64,000 nucleotides of DNA from Paragordius varius (taxonomy: Eukaryota; Animalia; Nematomorpha), in the NCBI GenBank assembly GCA_964247055.1, contig OZ176050.1:3596001-3660000 (forward strand). The letters run 5' to 3'. Below are positions 38,841-52,100 of this stretch, piece after piece. Every line of letters begins with the position of its first letter. The first letter of the stretch is position 1. The position numbers and the translations under genes were made by a program. The notes beneath the pieces were generated by a model that searched no databases, was not told where the DNA came from, and was given only the letters and a program-made list of their open reading frames with translations.

Positions 38841-39342
38841 CTGAATCTTGTGGATCGATAAATAAATCGTTAAAATAATATATTTCATTAATTGAATGCT
38901 AACGTCGGATCGATTTTAATTGTTAAAATAATGAATGCAAATATATAAGCGAAGAATTCATGATTTTTTACTGTTTTATTTATATTTTTATTTTATTTTA
39001 TCCAACATTTTTTTTATTGATAAAGCTTTTAGTAGCTATCATTCCACAAAACAAAATATCGTTAATGTTTTTTTGCTATATATTGCCTTTTCAAAATATG
39101 GAAGAATGGTATGCGTGTTTGCGCATTGCATTTACCACTTTTTTTTTGCCAATAAAAATGTATTGGAAATATAGCATTTCTCTTTCTTTGTTTTTAGATG
39201 TAAAAAATTAAGTATATCCTTTAAAGGAAAGTTTTAACTGTATATGCAAGTCTCCATTACGTAACACACCCCAGTAGAAAAGTTGTGAAATGTATGAATG
39301 CCTATATTTATATTTTAGCCAAATTTATAAATACTGTATGCA

Positions 39343-42300
39343 TAAGGTGACCAGATTTTTTGAAGGAAGGAGCGGGACAAATCTGAGAAGGGGGGGTCAT
39401 TGGAGGGTACAACCAAAAAATTTTATACAAAAAATTTATTGTAATATTTATTTTTTAACACAAATACATTATAAATATAAAAAAATTTGTACCTCACAGG
39501 TTGTTTGTACCTTATTCAATAAATTTACAAGTGCACGAACAAAGGGTGAAGTGATTGATGGGTGATGCAAGAAGCGGCACAAAAAATATTTTTAACAATT
39601 TAGCGTATAATCTTAATCAAAACATTGGCAGATACACAACGCTATTCAAACAGCTACTGATTTACCCCTGGATGTGGAAATTATAGATGTTAAAATGCTT
39701 GGATATTGTAGAATGTTGGTTAGCTCTTTTGCCAGCGATTGAAATATTTATAAAATTGTGATCTCCTAGAATCCTATTTTTTATCACAGGACAAAGGTCA
39801 AAATTCCAAGTCAAAAAAGGTTAGAAAATAATTTTATACCATTACCTAATCGTAATATGATAAAACCAGAAAAACAAGGCTCAATGAATAGCCAGAATAT
39901 AAAAATGTTTTATACAAACAGAAACAATTATTTGGAAGACAAGACGGTGCACAATGACACTTTTTTTATGAAGTCTCATTATTAAATAAATATATTGAAT
40001 GAAAATTATATTATGGACAACAGAAAAAAATACGTAGGATAGAAATGGTTAAAATAATCATTTTTAAACAAATTATGTTCCATACAATAATATTTTAATT
40101 CTAGAATTTGCATTATTGAACCACTGCTATCGAACGCGACGACACGGAATCAAATTTAAATGTTGAATAAAGGCCATGCTATGTGTTCAAATATAATTTG
40201 ACAAATTATGAAGACTTTTACAATATTTTAAGTAATTTTGTTTATTTTTCAACATAAAAACTTTAAAGAAAATATTTTATTCTTTGGTTTTTTTGTTTGA
40301 GTTAATGCGTTTTAGCAGATTGTCATCATTTTTTTAAAATATTGTAGAAGTCTTCACAAAAATTTGTCAAATTATATTTGACAGATAAAACGGCCTTTAA
40401 TGTAATATAGTTGGCTTCAAAATAATGAGATATTTCCACCCATTTCTTTTCTGCTGTTTATTTTTCTTTTGTCCACATAAGTTTTTCAATATTAATATAT
40501 CTTTTAACCAATGATACTTCAGAAAAAAATCATTTCCTGAAAGATTATATTTTGAGAATTTTTGGGAGCAGATATAATCAAATGATTTTTGAACATCCCA
40601 CCAATTAATTTCTGATTTTAATGTTATCCAATGAAAATGATCAATTTCATTTAATTGCGTCGTCCAGTCTTCCCAAATAATCTTTACAGTTTGTATATAA
40701 CATTATTATATGGTACAGCATATCTTGGCGATTTATTTAGCCTTTTTTTTCTAAATTATTTATTATATTGCGGATGGTTAATGGTATAAAATTATTTTTA
40801 ACCGTTCTTGACATTAAATTTCAGGTTACTAACTTCATTGGTTACTTCGATTGCCGAAATTTTGTCACCTTCTATTAATTTAATAACATTTTGAAAGAGA
40901 GAAGCTTGATTATGTAAGAATTCTAACCATATTTTTGAAGAATCACTTTCAAAAAACTTTAAAGTTGTATGACATTTGTCCTGTGATAAAAAAAGATTTT
41001 AAAGGATACATTTTAATTTAGATAGCTGGCATAAAAGCTAACCAACGAGTTTTACAATATCCAAGCATTTTTGATATTGAACTTCTGCATTTTCACAAAA
41101 TTCTTTAAGCGTTTCAACACGTACCGTGTATATATAAAAGTAGTATATATAACAACTACATTTTCCCCATCTAGGGGTAACAAATCAGCAGCTGTTTGGA
41201 TAGCGTTTTGTATTATAAGCGCTGCACCAACGCCAATAATGTTTTGATTAAGATTATCTGTTAATTTATGAAAAATAATTTTGTTCCCCTCCTTGCTTTT
41301 CCACCAAAGTTCGTATTGGTGATGTCAGCTCATGCGATAATTTTGTCTTTTAAATTATTTTTTTCTAGAATATGCATTATTGAAGTAAATAATTCGGAAT
41401 TTTCACCGGGTAGAGAAATTAAATCTAAATTTTAATTTTTAATCCGGTTTCTGAATTAAAATCTTATTAAAGTGGGAAATAATTTTGTTTCATGGTGATT
41501 TGATGCATCAGAAAGGGATAAAAAATTAATTTTCAGCAAATCTTTTTGTATTTCAGAAAATGCATATGGCGAAAGGACATTGCACACAATGGCTTCAGCC
41601 TTTGTACGGGCACATGTAAATTTTTTATTGAATAAGGTACCAATAACCTAGGTACAATCCTTAAAGGAATGATTGTGATTAACGGCGTGAAAAGATAACA
41701 CGCCCTCAGCTAGTGCCAAATTCTTTTCTTCCTCTCCAAAAATGGTTTTTCGATATAAATCGCTCATTAATATGATGCCGCCATATCTAAACTTTTTTAT
41801 GTTTCTGTGTTTCCATATGCTTGTAATATCATGCTTGCCGCCATGTGCTAGGGTGAATTTCCCCTCGCATATAAGACATTTAACAGATGATTCATTCTTC
41901 GTTTATAAAAGGAAAATCTTTCATTAATTCATCGTTGAATTTACAACCTCTTTTTGTGCTTATATTTATAAACTACTATAAGTATAAATATTATATTACC
42001 TTAATTTTTTGGAATAAACGTGTAAGGTACCGATTTGTGGTATCAATTTGTCTATAAGCTACCGATTTGTGGTATTAATTTGGCTTTTTAATAATGTTGG
42101 CAAGTAAACTAAAAAATTAGTATAATAAATATTATGAACCTTGAATTTCTGGAACAAACGTGTAAGGTACCGATTTGTGGTATAAATTTGTCTTTTAATC
42201 TAAAGATTTGTGGTATTAACTTGGCTTTTTGATAACTCATGTCAGTAGTAGTAGAAGGAAAGTGTATAATCATATGATATAAATTGGAAAAAAAAATTTA

Positions 42301-42506
42301 ATTTAAAAATAAAAAATTTTAATTTAAAATTTATATAGATTATAGATATTTAATGATAAAATATTTAAACGGATAAAAAAAATTTATTGGTTTAAAAAAA
42401 TTTTTTTTATATAATCGTGAAAAAGCGGGACATTTTAAAAACGTAGCGGGACAAAGTGTGAAAAAGCGGGACTGTCCCGCCAAAAGCGGGACGTCTGGTC
42501 ACCTTA
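39343..42506 (-). mobile_element. hAT DNA transposon (Blackjack-like), second copy of the inverted-duplication family, opposite orientation
   Basis: Perfect 13-bp TIR TAAGGTGACCAGA. Perfect TSD TGTATGCA at 39335-39342 and 42507-42514. The long transposase arm is on the - strand (~40280-41963) and the short deleted arm is on the + strand (~39500-40260). There is a ~140-bp tandem duplication at ~41990-42235. Confidence 0.93.
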
Positions 42507-43387
42507 TGTATGCATTTTAATGCTGGCTTATTCACACTATAGTTCTATGATAGTCAAACCACTGGCCGCATGCGGCCCTAAAATATCTTTTATATAATGA
42601 CTATTTATAATTTTTTATATCTTTGGACTAAAATGTCTCCATAGGTCACACAGCTATGAAACTTTTCGGTTTATGGCCCTTCGACAAATTTATTCTATGG
42701 CCCCTAGAAAAATTTTGCTGAGTGCCACTGCTATAGTTGGCCAAACAGCAACACAGAAGTATATGGAAAATACAACAAAATGGCGAATAAAATAAACAAA
42801 AATGTAAGATAGGAAAAAATTGTTTATTCATTTTGTTTTTTATATACACTACTGTGTTGCCAAAACTATAATTATGTGCGAATAAGCCAGTTTAAAATGC
42901 ATCTTGTTCCCTACGGTGTTGACTGGGGCATGAACATCCAACGGCAAAGGCTAGATTTTTAAGCTTTAAACTCATTATTTGTACACAAGGGCATGTGTTA
43001 CCGAAAAAATTGCACCATGAAATATGAATATTATAAGTATAAATTGCTTCATGGTAAGATAACTCCGAATCGTCCTGATCTTTACACACTGATGGACAGC
43101 GGTGTCGATAAATTTTTGAACCTTATATAAATTTTATTTTATTCAAATAAACCACACCCTTAGCACTTAAAAAAATGGTGAAAAATAATTTGAATCCATT
43201 TTGGAATAATTCCCAATCATATTTCCAAATCAATATATGATTACTCATTAATTTTTAGTTATTATTTTTATTTTGCAAAATTATTAAATTATATATATTT
43301 AACTTACTATTTATGATAAACGATTCTAATATGTTAATTATGAATAATAATTTAATTTTTGTACGTATATGGTTTCAAATAATATAC

Positions 43388-44129
43388 TTTTTGTATTGAG
43401 GTGGACTTGCCGCATTGTGTTTCCCATGTAATTTGAACCAAACATTTGTGTCCCTAAGCCACCTTCTTAAATGTTCTTTCAAGGAAATAGTTTGATTGAT
43501 AGATGTGGGCATTGAATATCGTTTGTTATCAATGGCATTTGCCATCTCAATTTTATTCGGCTCTCTTGAGGTTACAAAATCGGGTACGTTTAGGAAAAAT
43601 TTATTTGGTTGATTTTGAATATCAAAAATTTGTTCTGTGTATGGCAATGATTTTGATGGCGTTGATTTTGCCCCTAATCGTAAAAAATTATCTGGTCTAA
43701 ATTTATGTTCGCCTTCTGTATAAAGTGTTCGAAAATTTTCGTCCCGACTCACTGACTTTGTTTGCGGAACCGTAGTTGATGGATTCAAATGTTTCACTTT
43801 TACATTTGTAAAATCTGTTAAATAAACTAAAGGAATTCGATAAGCACAATGCATCGCTACATTATCACCTAAGTCTGTGGAAGACAATTCTGGATAGGTT
43901 TTAATTGATTCTTTCCGGGGTATAAGCATTATATTATGTGAGAGATCATCATTTTGTATATAATCGATTGAGTAATTAGGCATTTTGCGTTTAGTTAAAG
44001 CGCTATTAAAAATTAAATTTTCTTCAGAGGAAAGTTTATGTGCTATTGTATGGTTTTTGGAATCAATCGTGATGGATTTGGAATGAGAACGATCGGGTGT
44101 ATAGGACATTGTTTGTGTTGTTTCGTATC
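43388..44129 (-). CDS. Low-complexity coding exon, probably an upstream exon of the Kalirin/Trio-like gene
   Basis: Long open frame of about 247 codons, bounded by acceptor ttttag (44130) and phase-2 donor AA|gtatatt (43387). That donor matches the phase-2 acceptor ttcag at 38841. No recognisable domain. Confidence 0.55.
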
Positions 44130-44519
44130 CTAAAATATTAAACATTAAAAAATTATAAATATTTAAGTTTACTTAATAGTTTTTTAAAACACTTTCTTAT
44201 TAGTGCCCAGGAAGCTTACGCCTTCAAGCGAAAAATTGTGACTAAATAATATGTAGTGCAGCTTTTTAGGATAAGAAAGTGGAGCCAAATTATAAATATC
44301 ATAAATAAATTTTTGTTAACTCCAGATTATCAGTTTGCCAGAAGATGCTTTAAAGCCACGATAAATTTATATATTTGTGTAATTAACAAATAGAGCTTTA
44401 TTCCAACGGCTAATTTAAAAAAGGCGTGGACCTGAATTTTTATTCTTTTCTACTAAAAATAGGTAGAGAACCGTATTGAATACATATGGTCTCATAACTT
44501 GGGCAGAAATTAGCTTGAA

Positions 44520-44900
44520 AATCACGTTATTTCTATAAGGTGGCGTTACAGATGATGAAGCTTTATTCAGTGGCTTATTTAAAAAAACCTTGGATTAAAA
44601 TATTTGCCTTGATACGGGAAATGCCTAAAACTATAATTGAAATTACATCAGAGCTCGCATCAAAAAAGGCACTCTTTTTTATATGGTGGCCCATTTTGCA
44701 AAGTGGCGCCCTACCCCAATGAGTTAAAAAAGACGGGGAATTTTTAAATTACTAACTTTTATATTCTCATAATTTAAGAGGAAAAATTCTTCAAAATTTT
44801 ATTTTGTGGGGCTTTCTTATTTGCATAAAATATCATTTTACGGGGGGCGCAGCTAACGGGGATCATTCAAAAAAGTGTGCCGAATATTTGCGCATTCATA
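44520..44900 (+). repeat. Degenerate copy of the ~150-bp satellite family
   Basis: Motifs tcgcatcaaaaaagg and ttttacggggggcgc...attcaaaaaagtg resemble monomers at 590-1790 and 21790-22320. Confidence 0.35.
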
Positions 44901-45871
44901 AAAAAAGTAAAAAAATTGCCAAAAAAATGTTGAGGACTTGTATTTAACCCTATTTTAACTAGATGTACCTTATCTGAGGAGTCAATTTTAAAACAGGCTC
45001 GACTATAGTCATTTAATGAATCATTTTTCACTTTTCAAATTAAATGCGCGTTTTCTAAAAACTGACTAAAAGCTAACATTCTTAAATATATAAAACAGGT
45101 GTGGCCAACACAAAAAATCGCTGGCCGCATTTATTAGAAAAAAACTTTTAGGAGTCGTCAAAATCTATATGGGTATTACGTTTCTGTTTTAATATAAACA
45201 TAAGACTGTAAAAAATTTAGGATCATATAATTACTATATATGATATTTATTTTCCCGAAATTTGGAATGACGCATTCATAATCAAAAATATTAATCTTTT
45301 CTTTAAATAGCAATTTTCATTATATAAATTTTTTTCATTTGGTGTTTATAAATTTCTCGCGTACACAAATAGGAGGGCCGCATGATACGCGCCCATTAGA
45401 ATATCATGTATATTTTGGATTTCACTCATATAATGTACCTGTCAGTGGATATATTAATATATCAATCGAGAAAAATATTCAAGTGTTTACTAAATTATAT
45501 TTTATTCCAAAAATTTCGAAATGTTGGCTTTACAATTTTCACTTATTAAATTTTAAAAATCGCCACCTATAATACATTTATTTGTGCTTTGGCCCCATTT
45601 GGGGAGTGGATGGCAAAAAGTTAAAACCTTGGAAGTTTTATAAATTTTTTACCTTTACAGATTTTGTTTAAATCAAGAGATAAAAAGAAACATTTATGTG
45701 TCCTTTACCAGGTGTTGTCACAAGTCGTTACCGGATTAACTAAAAGAAGACATGTGCAAAGGCAGGCGATTAAGGATTCCATTTTTTCATCTAACATTAA
45801 ACTACAAACACACACTGTTTGAGACCGTTAAAAAGCGGCGTTTAATTTTTATCATTCAGTAATCTCGAGTT

Positions 45872-46560
45872 TATATGCCTGATAAAGAACATTTGTGGCT
45901 ATTGCTTTTATTATTTCATCTGAAGAGATAGCCCGTTAAAAGTTATCGTTTTTTGGTGCAAACATATGGTAACATGCTCTATTAATTAAAACTGACACAT
46001 GGTTAAATTAAAAAGTTGTGATTTCAATGTCAAAGAGAGTGGGCGCTTTGGTGAAAAACATTCCGAAAACGATCAAATGCAAGAGTTATTGGATGATAAC
46101 CCAACTCAAACTCAACAACGATTGGCAAAAACATGTTCACCAAAAATAATCAGCAGACCTACGCGTGCACAATTTGAATGAACGTAAAATCGAAAATCGC
46201 AAAGTGACTTGTGAAAACATATTTCATCGTCACGAAAAGAATCATTTTTTCATCAAATTATGACGGATAATAAGAAGGGGTGGCCTTATTTTGCCCCAAA
46301 ACAGAAAAATCGTGGCTTCTACCTTGCGCAAGCTGGTCGATCAACACCAAAACCAATGGCTTGGTAAGATCATGCCCTGTGTCTGGTGAGATCAGAACGG
46401 GTTGTTTTTAAATTTTTGAGGCCGGTGAAACCGTTATTGACGCTATAGCAAATAAGAAAGTACACCATCTTTTAATCTATAATAACAGTGCCGAAGACAT
46501 TACTACATGAAACTCCATCCGCTGGTAAATAATTTTTATGGCCCATAAAAATGTAACAAA
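45872..46560 (+). mobile_element. Decayed mariner (Mos1-like) transposase remnant
   Basis: Fragments read PDKEHLWLLLLLFHLK, KLKSCDFNVKE...QMQELLDDNPTQTQQRLA, a degenerate TGDEKW region and IMPCVW*DQNG. Frameshifted and deleted. Confidence 0.8.
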
Positions 46561-47158
46561 TAAATACGAAATTAATTGACACACTAATGAAATATTATAT
46601 TTGATAGTTTACTAGCGTCTTCAGTATTTGCCCCGATCCTGCCTGCAACGCTAGTTTGAAATCTTTTTATAAATGAAATTCCTGTTTCTTATAATTACGC
46701 TACTTTTTGTTCTAATACACAATTAGGGTGGCGTTGTTATCATATAAACCCAAATGGTCCAAACTACTTATCATTCTATTTCACAAATATACAGCATTAA
46801 TGTAGAAGCTCAATGATCATTCGAAATTCTGTTTCTATATAATAAATACTTTTGGTGAGTATATATAAAGTGGTTGTTAGTTTAAAATATTTGGCTTTTA
46901 ATCAAACATTCGCGTATTTACATAAAGCCAGAGGTTTTTTCTTTTCAGGCATAATATAGATGTGGTTAAATCGATAAAATTTATATAACTAAGTGTTGGC
47001 ATATTGTGCGGCCCGGATATAAAGCTTTCTGATGCTGCATGGAATATTTTGGTGTACCGCTGTTTTAAAGTATTTCCTTATATTTTTTTTAAAAATCGCA
47101 ATCTTTGGAATGGAAAATGTATAAATGTATTGAAAATCAAAAATAAATGTTTAATTAC

Positions 47159-47622
47159 CAACTTTTAATTTTATAGCCAAGGACGGGTGATACATCCTTA
47201 CTAGGTTCGAATTTCTTTTTTATCGTCCAAATATCAAGTTTGGGGTTTGGAATTAAATGCGTTTCCCTGTTTGACTGTATACCTCGTTTATCATTTTTTA
47301 TTGAATGCATGGGATTGACATTTGCCTTTCCAGCGGGTTTTAACTGTTTTTCGGGCGACACTACTTTTTTAGCCTCCCATTGTTCATGCAGTTTTTTCAC
47401 TTTACCCTGTATGCTAGGGATTAGGATATCCTTTGAAGACATTTTTCTATCTTCTTTTGGAATAATTGTTTCATCATTATAACTGATCGAATTTACATTT
47501 GTTTGTTTGGTATTACTATTATTGCAATGACTAGAAAAGTTTTGTAAAAAAATATTTTTAATTGCAAATACATGTGGTCCCTTTTTGTTTTTTGGTATGG
47601 TATTTTCTTTATGTGATGACAT
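47159..47622 (-). CDS. Coding exon of unknown product, possibly the first coding exon of the Kalirin/Trio-like gene
   Basis: 155-codon Lys/Ser-rich ORF starting at ATG and ending at a gtaatt donor. The phase match to the 44130 acceptor requires the weaker donor A|gttggt or an unseen exon. Confidence 0.4.
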
Positions 47623-48871
47623 AATCTAGTGTTTGATATTATATCAAATTGGTGATGATAATTGTTAGCTCATTCTATTGATTCAAAAATATAAAAAATG
47701 GGTATTAAGAATATAAAAAATAGCATTATAATTAGATAACAATTAGAAGTCTGTTTTTGATCAATCAATATTTTTTTAAGAATGCATATCTCTCTAATTA
47801 AGTGCTTTTTATATTATACATCTTTAACAAAGTAGAAATCTTCTATACATATATAAGTTATAATTATTGGATAAAACAACAAAAAGAAAAATTAATAAGA
47901 ATGAAAAAACAAATTTATAGGAAAAAAATTGAAAATTAATGAATAATTGATTGATTAATTAATTGGTGCTTAAGAAAAGTGCGAAATTTTTATGTTTGTT
48001 TTTTATTTACATATTAATAAATTTAAATAATCAGCTTTACTGTATAAATTTAAGAAGATAGATTTTATGTGCATTAAAATTTTATTATCTTTTCACTTTT
48101 TTGTAGTTTACCTTTTGGGACAGTTTTGTATCTGAGAGCTTAATTTTGTAAAAAAGTAGTTTGAAAGTTATTTTAGTTAAAATTTAATAATCAAACATTT
48201 TTTCTCATGTATTAGATAAGAAGACTGTATTTTTACAGTTTTGTGACTTCTAGAGTCTAAATTGGGACAGCTCCAAAACACGATTGAAACCAACAGCTGA
48301 TAAAATCAAAATTTATAATGTTAAGCGTAAATGCTTTTTAAGATTTATTATTTACATTTTCTAACCATAATAGACATTTTTTTCTTTGATGCATTGGGAA
48401 TGTGACCAGATATTTTGAACTTTGACGCAGTACATTAAAACATACTTTGCCTGTTTTTAACACCATCGGTGTGGTATATTGCACAGTTTCCACAAAAAAT
48501 AGCCTGATGAAATATATATATTCTGATAGGAAAATATTAGGATTATCATGATTCTTTTGATTGAAGAAAGTTTACCATTTTGTGGTAAGTGCTCCGTATA
48601 AAAATATAAAAGGTGAGAAGTTTCAAATATATTTTTGTGAATGTTAAATGCTTGATTTTAAAAAAATATCACTAAAATATAACATAAACTACATATAAAA
48701 ACCAATATTTTTAAAAAATTTAAATTTTTAAATGTGGGCTCTTAAGTCCCAAAATTTTTGGCTCTTTTAAAATGATCTCTTAAAATAAACGCAAAAATTC
48801 CGTTGTGCAATAATTTCAAATATATAAAATTTGATATCAACTATTTCAAAAATTTAATTTTTAGCCAAATT

Positions 48872-49183
48872 TTGTTGAAGCATAGTTCATACTATTTTGA
48901 GCATGACAGAAACGATATAAACGGTTCATTTTATGTATATAATATAAGGCTAATTTCTCAATCAGAATTTTCATTATTCATTTGTTTTCAAATTTATGTT
49001 AAATAAAAATTATGTTTATTAAATTTGCCAAAATTTGCAAGCAAACACACCTTAAAATTAAAATTTTCAACCTATAGTAATGTTCAACATCATCGAATTA
49101 TTTAGAAAAAGGGTTTTATTATATCTTATAACGTTATACCGTTTCCATCATGCTTCAAAATAGTTTATAACACGCTTCAACAA
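48872..49183. repeat. Foldback/MITE-like element with ~50-bp imperfect inverted arms
   Basis: ttgttgaagcatagttcatactattttgagcatgacagaaacgatataa (48872-48920) pairs imperfectly with ttataccgtttccatcatgcttcaaaatagtttataacacgcttcaacaa (49134-49183). Confidence 0.65.
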
Positions 49184-52100
49184 ATTACCTCAAATTCGTT
49201 GCAAAAAATAAGAAAACCAATAAAAATAAATTTTAGGAAAAAAATCAAGAAATATCATACCTCCCATCTAATGAGTGTAGAAAACGTAAAAAACTCTTAG
49301 TTTGTTAATCAAAAAAAAGGTATCATATGCCATATATAATAAATTTTAAATAATATGTTACGGGAATAACAATTTTTTATATAATTATCCGTTTGATAAT
49401 TATAATAAAAAAATGAACTTTCTAAACTTGTTGAAACATTTATTAAAATATCATAAATTTATTTGTTAATTTTAAATTTTGAGGCATCTCTTTTTTTGCG
49501 GAAGCCCTGAGTGAAAGAGCCATTAGCGTGAATCTTACGGTGTGGAGTCCGAGATTTATAGTTTCGCCACTGCGCGAAAGGCTGAATCCTAAGCAATTTG
49601 ACCGATCCAAAATCCAATTTTATAAATTCGAGCAGAAAATAAAATATAAACCGATTAAAAATAGGCCAATCTTAGTTTTTTTAACAAAAGAACCATTTCT
49701 TAACAAATTATGGGGTTATTTTTACAGTGGATACTATATCAAATTTTTTTAAAAAAAAATTTGAATAAATAAAAGGTAATTAATATATATTTAGAAAAAT
49801 TATTTGTTTTAATTTCAAAAGCAGTACAAAAGTGGGCGCAGTACAGTCGCTTTTTTTATGAAAATCCAGTACTGTACTGCGAAAAACAGTCTATCTGGTC
49901 ACAATATGCGTTAGCAAATCTAAAAAATTTATGGAAAAAAATGGCTGCATTTATAATTTTGCATTTTTAAAATAAAATTGTATAATGCACCTAATAGGCT
50001 AATGAAAGGATATATTTGGCTTAACACAAATACTTTTTAAGATATTTGAATTTCAAAATGCTCTGCGATACAACACTACCCCAAAAGGTAATGGAGTGTT
50101 AAATAAAAAAAATATACACAGTATTAGTATCAAAGTTCTGACAATTATGCAATGCGAGACTATATTCTTATGGCAGTTTATTTAGTCATTTTATTATATT
50201 CACTTTATAGTATTGACTAATAAATATTACTAATGCAGAATTATGTTATATCAAAATTGCATTTAAAATGTACAAAAAACCAAATAATTTTATTAATGTA
50301 TAAACAAGGCACACAAAGAATAAACATATTTTTAAAATAAATATACCATAGCTCAAATTGACCCTTGAACAATTCGAAATTAACCTATAATAAGTGATCT
50401 GTTTTCAATTAAAATTACCTTTATTTTTGAATAAAATTTGGTTAAAATTAACATTATACCGATAAAATAATATTATATGCCATAAAATAAATATTAATGT
50501 TGTGTTAGATTAACCCAAAACACATATTTATTTTTAGAGTTTGAATTGTTCGCGGAAGAATTTGAAGTGTGAGTGGTATATGTCAGTATTTTCATAGTGG
50601 ATTTGGTATTAGGAGTCATCCCAAAACATTATAACCACTTTTTTAGTGGTTGATGGATTGATTAAGGGAAAAATTTGGATTATGCTCTATAAAAATCTTT
50701 TGGTGAAAGCTTAATGGTTCATTCCAAAAAATATTATTATATTTTTAATTTTGAGCTGAGGAAGTCTCAAATTTTTGGTGACCAATTAAAATAATGGATT
50801 ATCTATAATTATATACGATAGATTATGACATTAAAAAATATTTTTGAAAGTGCCTGCTTTGCTTGAAAATTCAGTTTTAACAAGATCTTATTGACATGCT
50901 TTATGATATTTTGGAGCTAAACGGTAAAGAAACACTTCCATATAATAAATACACCTTTTCTATAATTGTTTCCACATTTTTACCATTTCAGAGTTTTTAA
51001 AAAAATTGTTTGACCCCTGATTTTAATGGGGTTTTCACACATAATCTAATAAAATTAAAGACAAGATGAAAATTCTGTCGTGACAGCATCGATAAATAAT
51101 TATTAAGATAAAGTGATAATGACTGAGTTTTTTATAGCGTTGCCACTATGCTTCCAAATACCATAAAATATGCTTTAACAAATTATATTGAAAAAGTTTT
51201 TTTTTACAATGTATGCTTTTTTTTAAAGATGTTTTTTTATTTACTTGGCATATATTAATATTATAGCGCAATCTCCATATTGCGCCTATATTAAAACTGA
51301 TACTTCCGGAGCCTACAACAAATATTAAAATTTACTAAAAATATTATTTTCTTTTTAATTATTGTTTATGATGTCCTTTAATGATTTTTTTTGAAATGAA
51401 GCATTTAGCTTTCACCAAAAAATTTAATTTAGTAAGGGCCAAAACCAAAATTAATGCATTTTTTGAGATTACAAATTTAAAGCTCTGTAATTTTTACCTC
51501 AGTCATACTGCATCTAAAATTTCCAATAGATTTTAAATTTAGCAAAATCTCACACATTTAATACACATCTATACAATCGATATCTGCATTTTTTTATTCA
51601 AATTAGGGCGTTTGAATACTCAGGCCTGTTAAAAGTAAATATTACATAAAATATGGAATATGAGCCATTTCAAAAGTTTACCCTTATAATATTGTTTCAT
51701 TTTTAACAGACGATTACATTTTGGGGTATGTATGTGCCAAAAAATAAATAAAATTTTGTTCAAAAGATGTTGCGATTTAATTTAACTATTAAACACTTTT
51801 CCCCTGTTTTAGATAGAGAGGCTTATTTATAGAGTCCCAAATAAGGATCCAAAACAAACCAAAATCTGATTTTAAAATCAAATATCAAAACTATTTTGGA
51901 ATAGTATAATTTTAAAGCCTTTAAGTTAATTATTTTTATTTTTACCACAATATGCCATTGTATCCGTTGTATTTTTAATGATCTAACACTAAGATTGAAA
52001 TTGGGATATCTAGTGGCCCCAGACTACATTTAAGTTAATATTTTTAAAAAACGACTGAAAGATGCGGTTTCAATTTAAATTTTAGCTTCTACCCTAATAA

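Noticed and set aside
42892-43089. 65-aa Cys-rich minus-strand ORF as a novel peptide
   Set aside because: The AVGCSCPSQH segment resembles the hAT transposase GCxxH region, and it lies among transposon fragments in an intron.
49498-49612. Assignment as U4 snRNA, RNase P/MRP RNA, Y RNA, hammerhead or HDV ribozyme
   Set aside because: Each lacks required elements (Sm site and K-turn, P4 partner/CR-V, U-tail, stem III, P2). It is kept only as an unassigned candidate.
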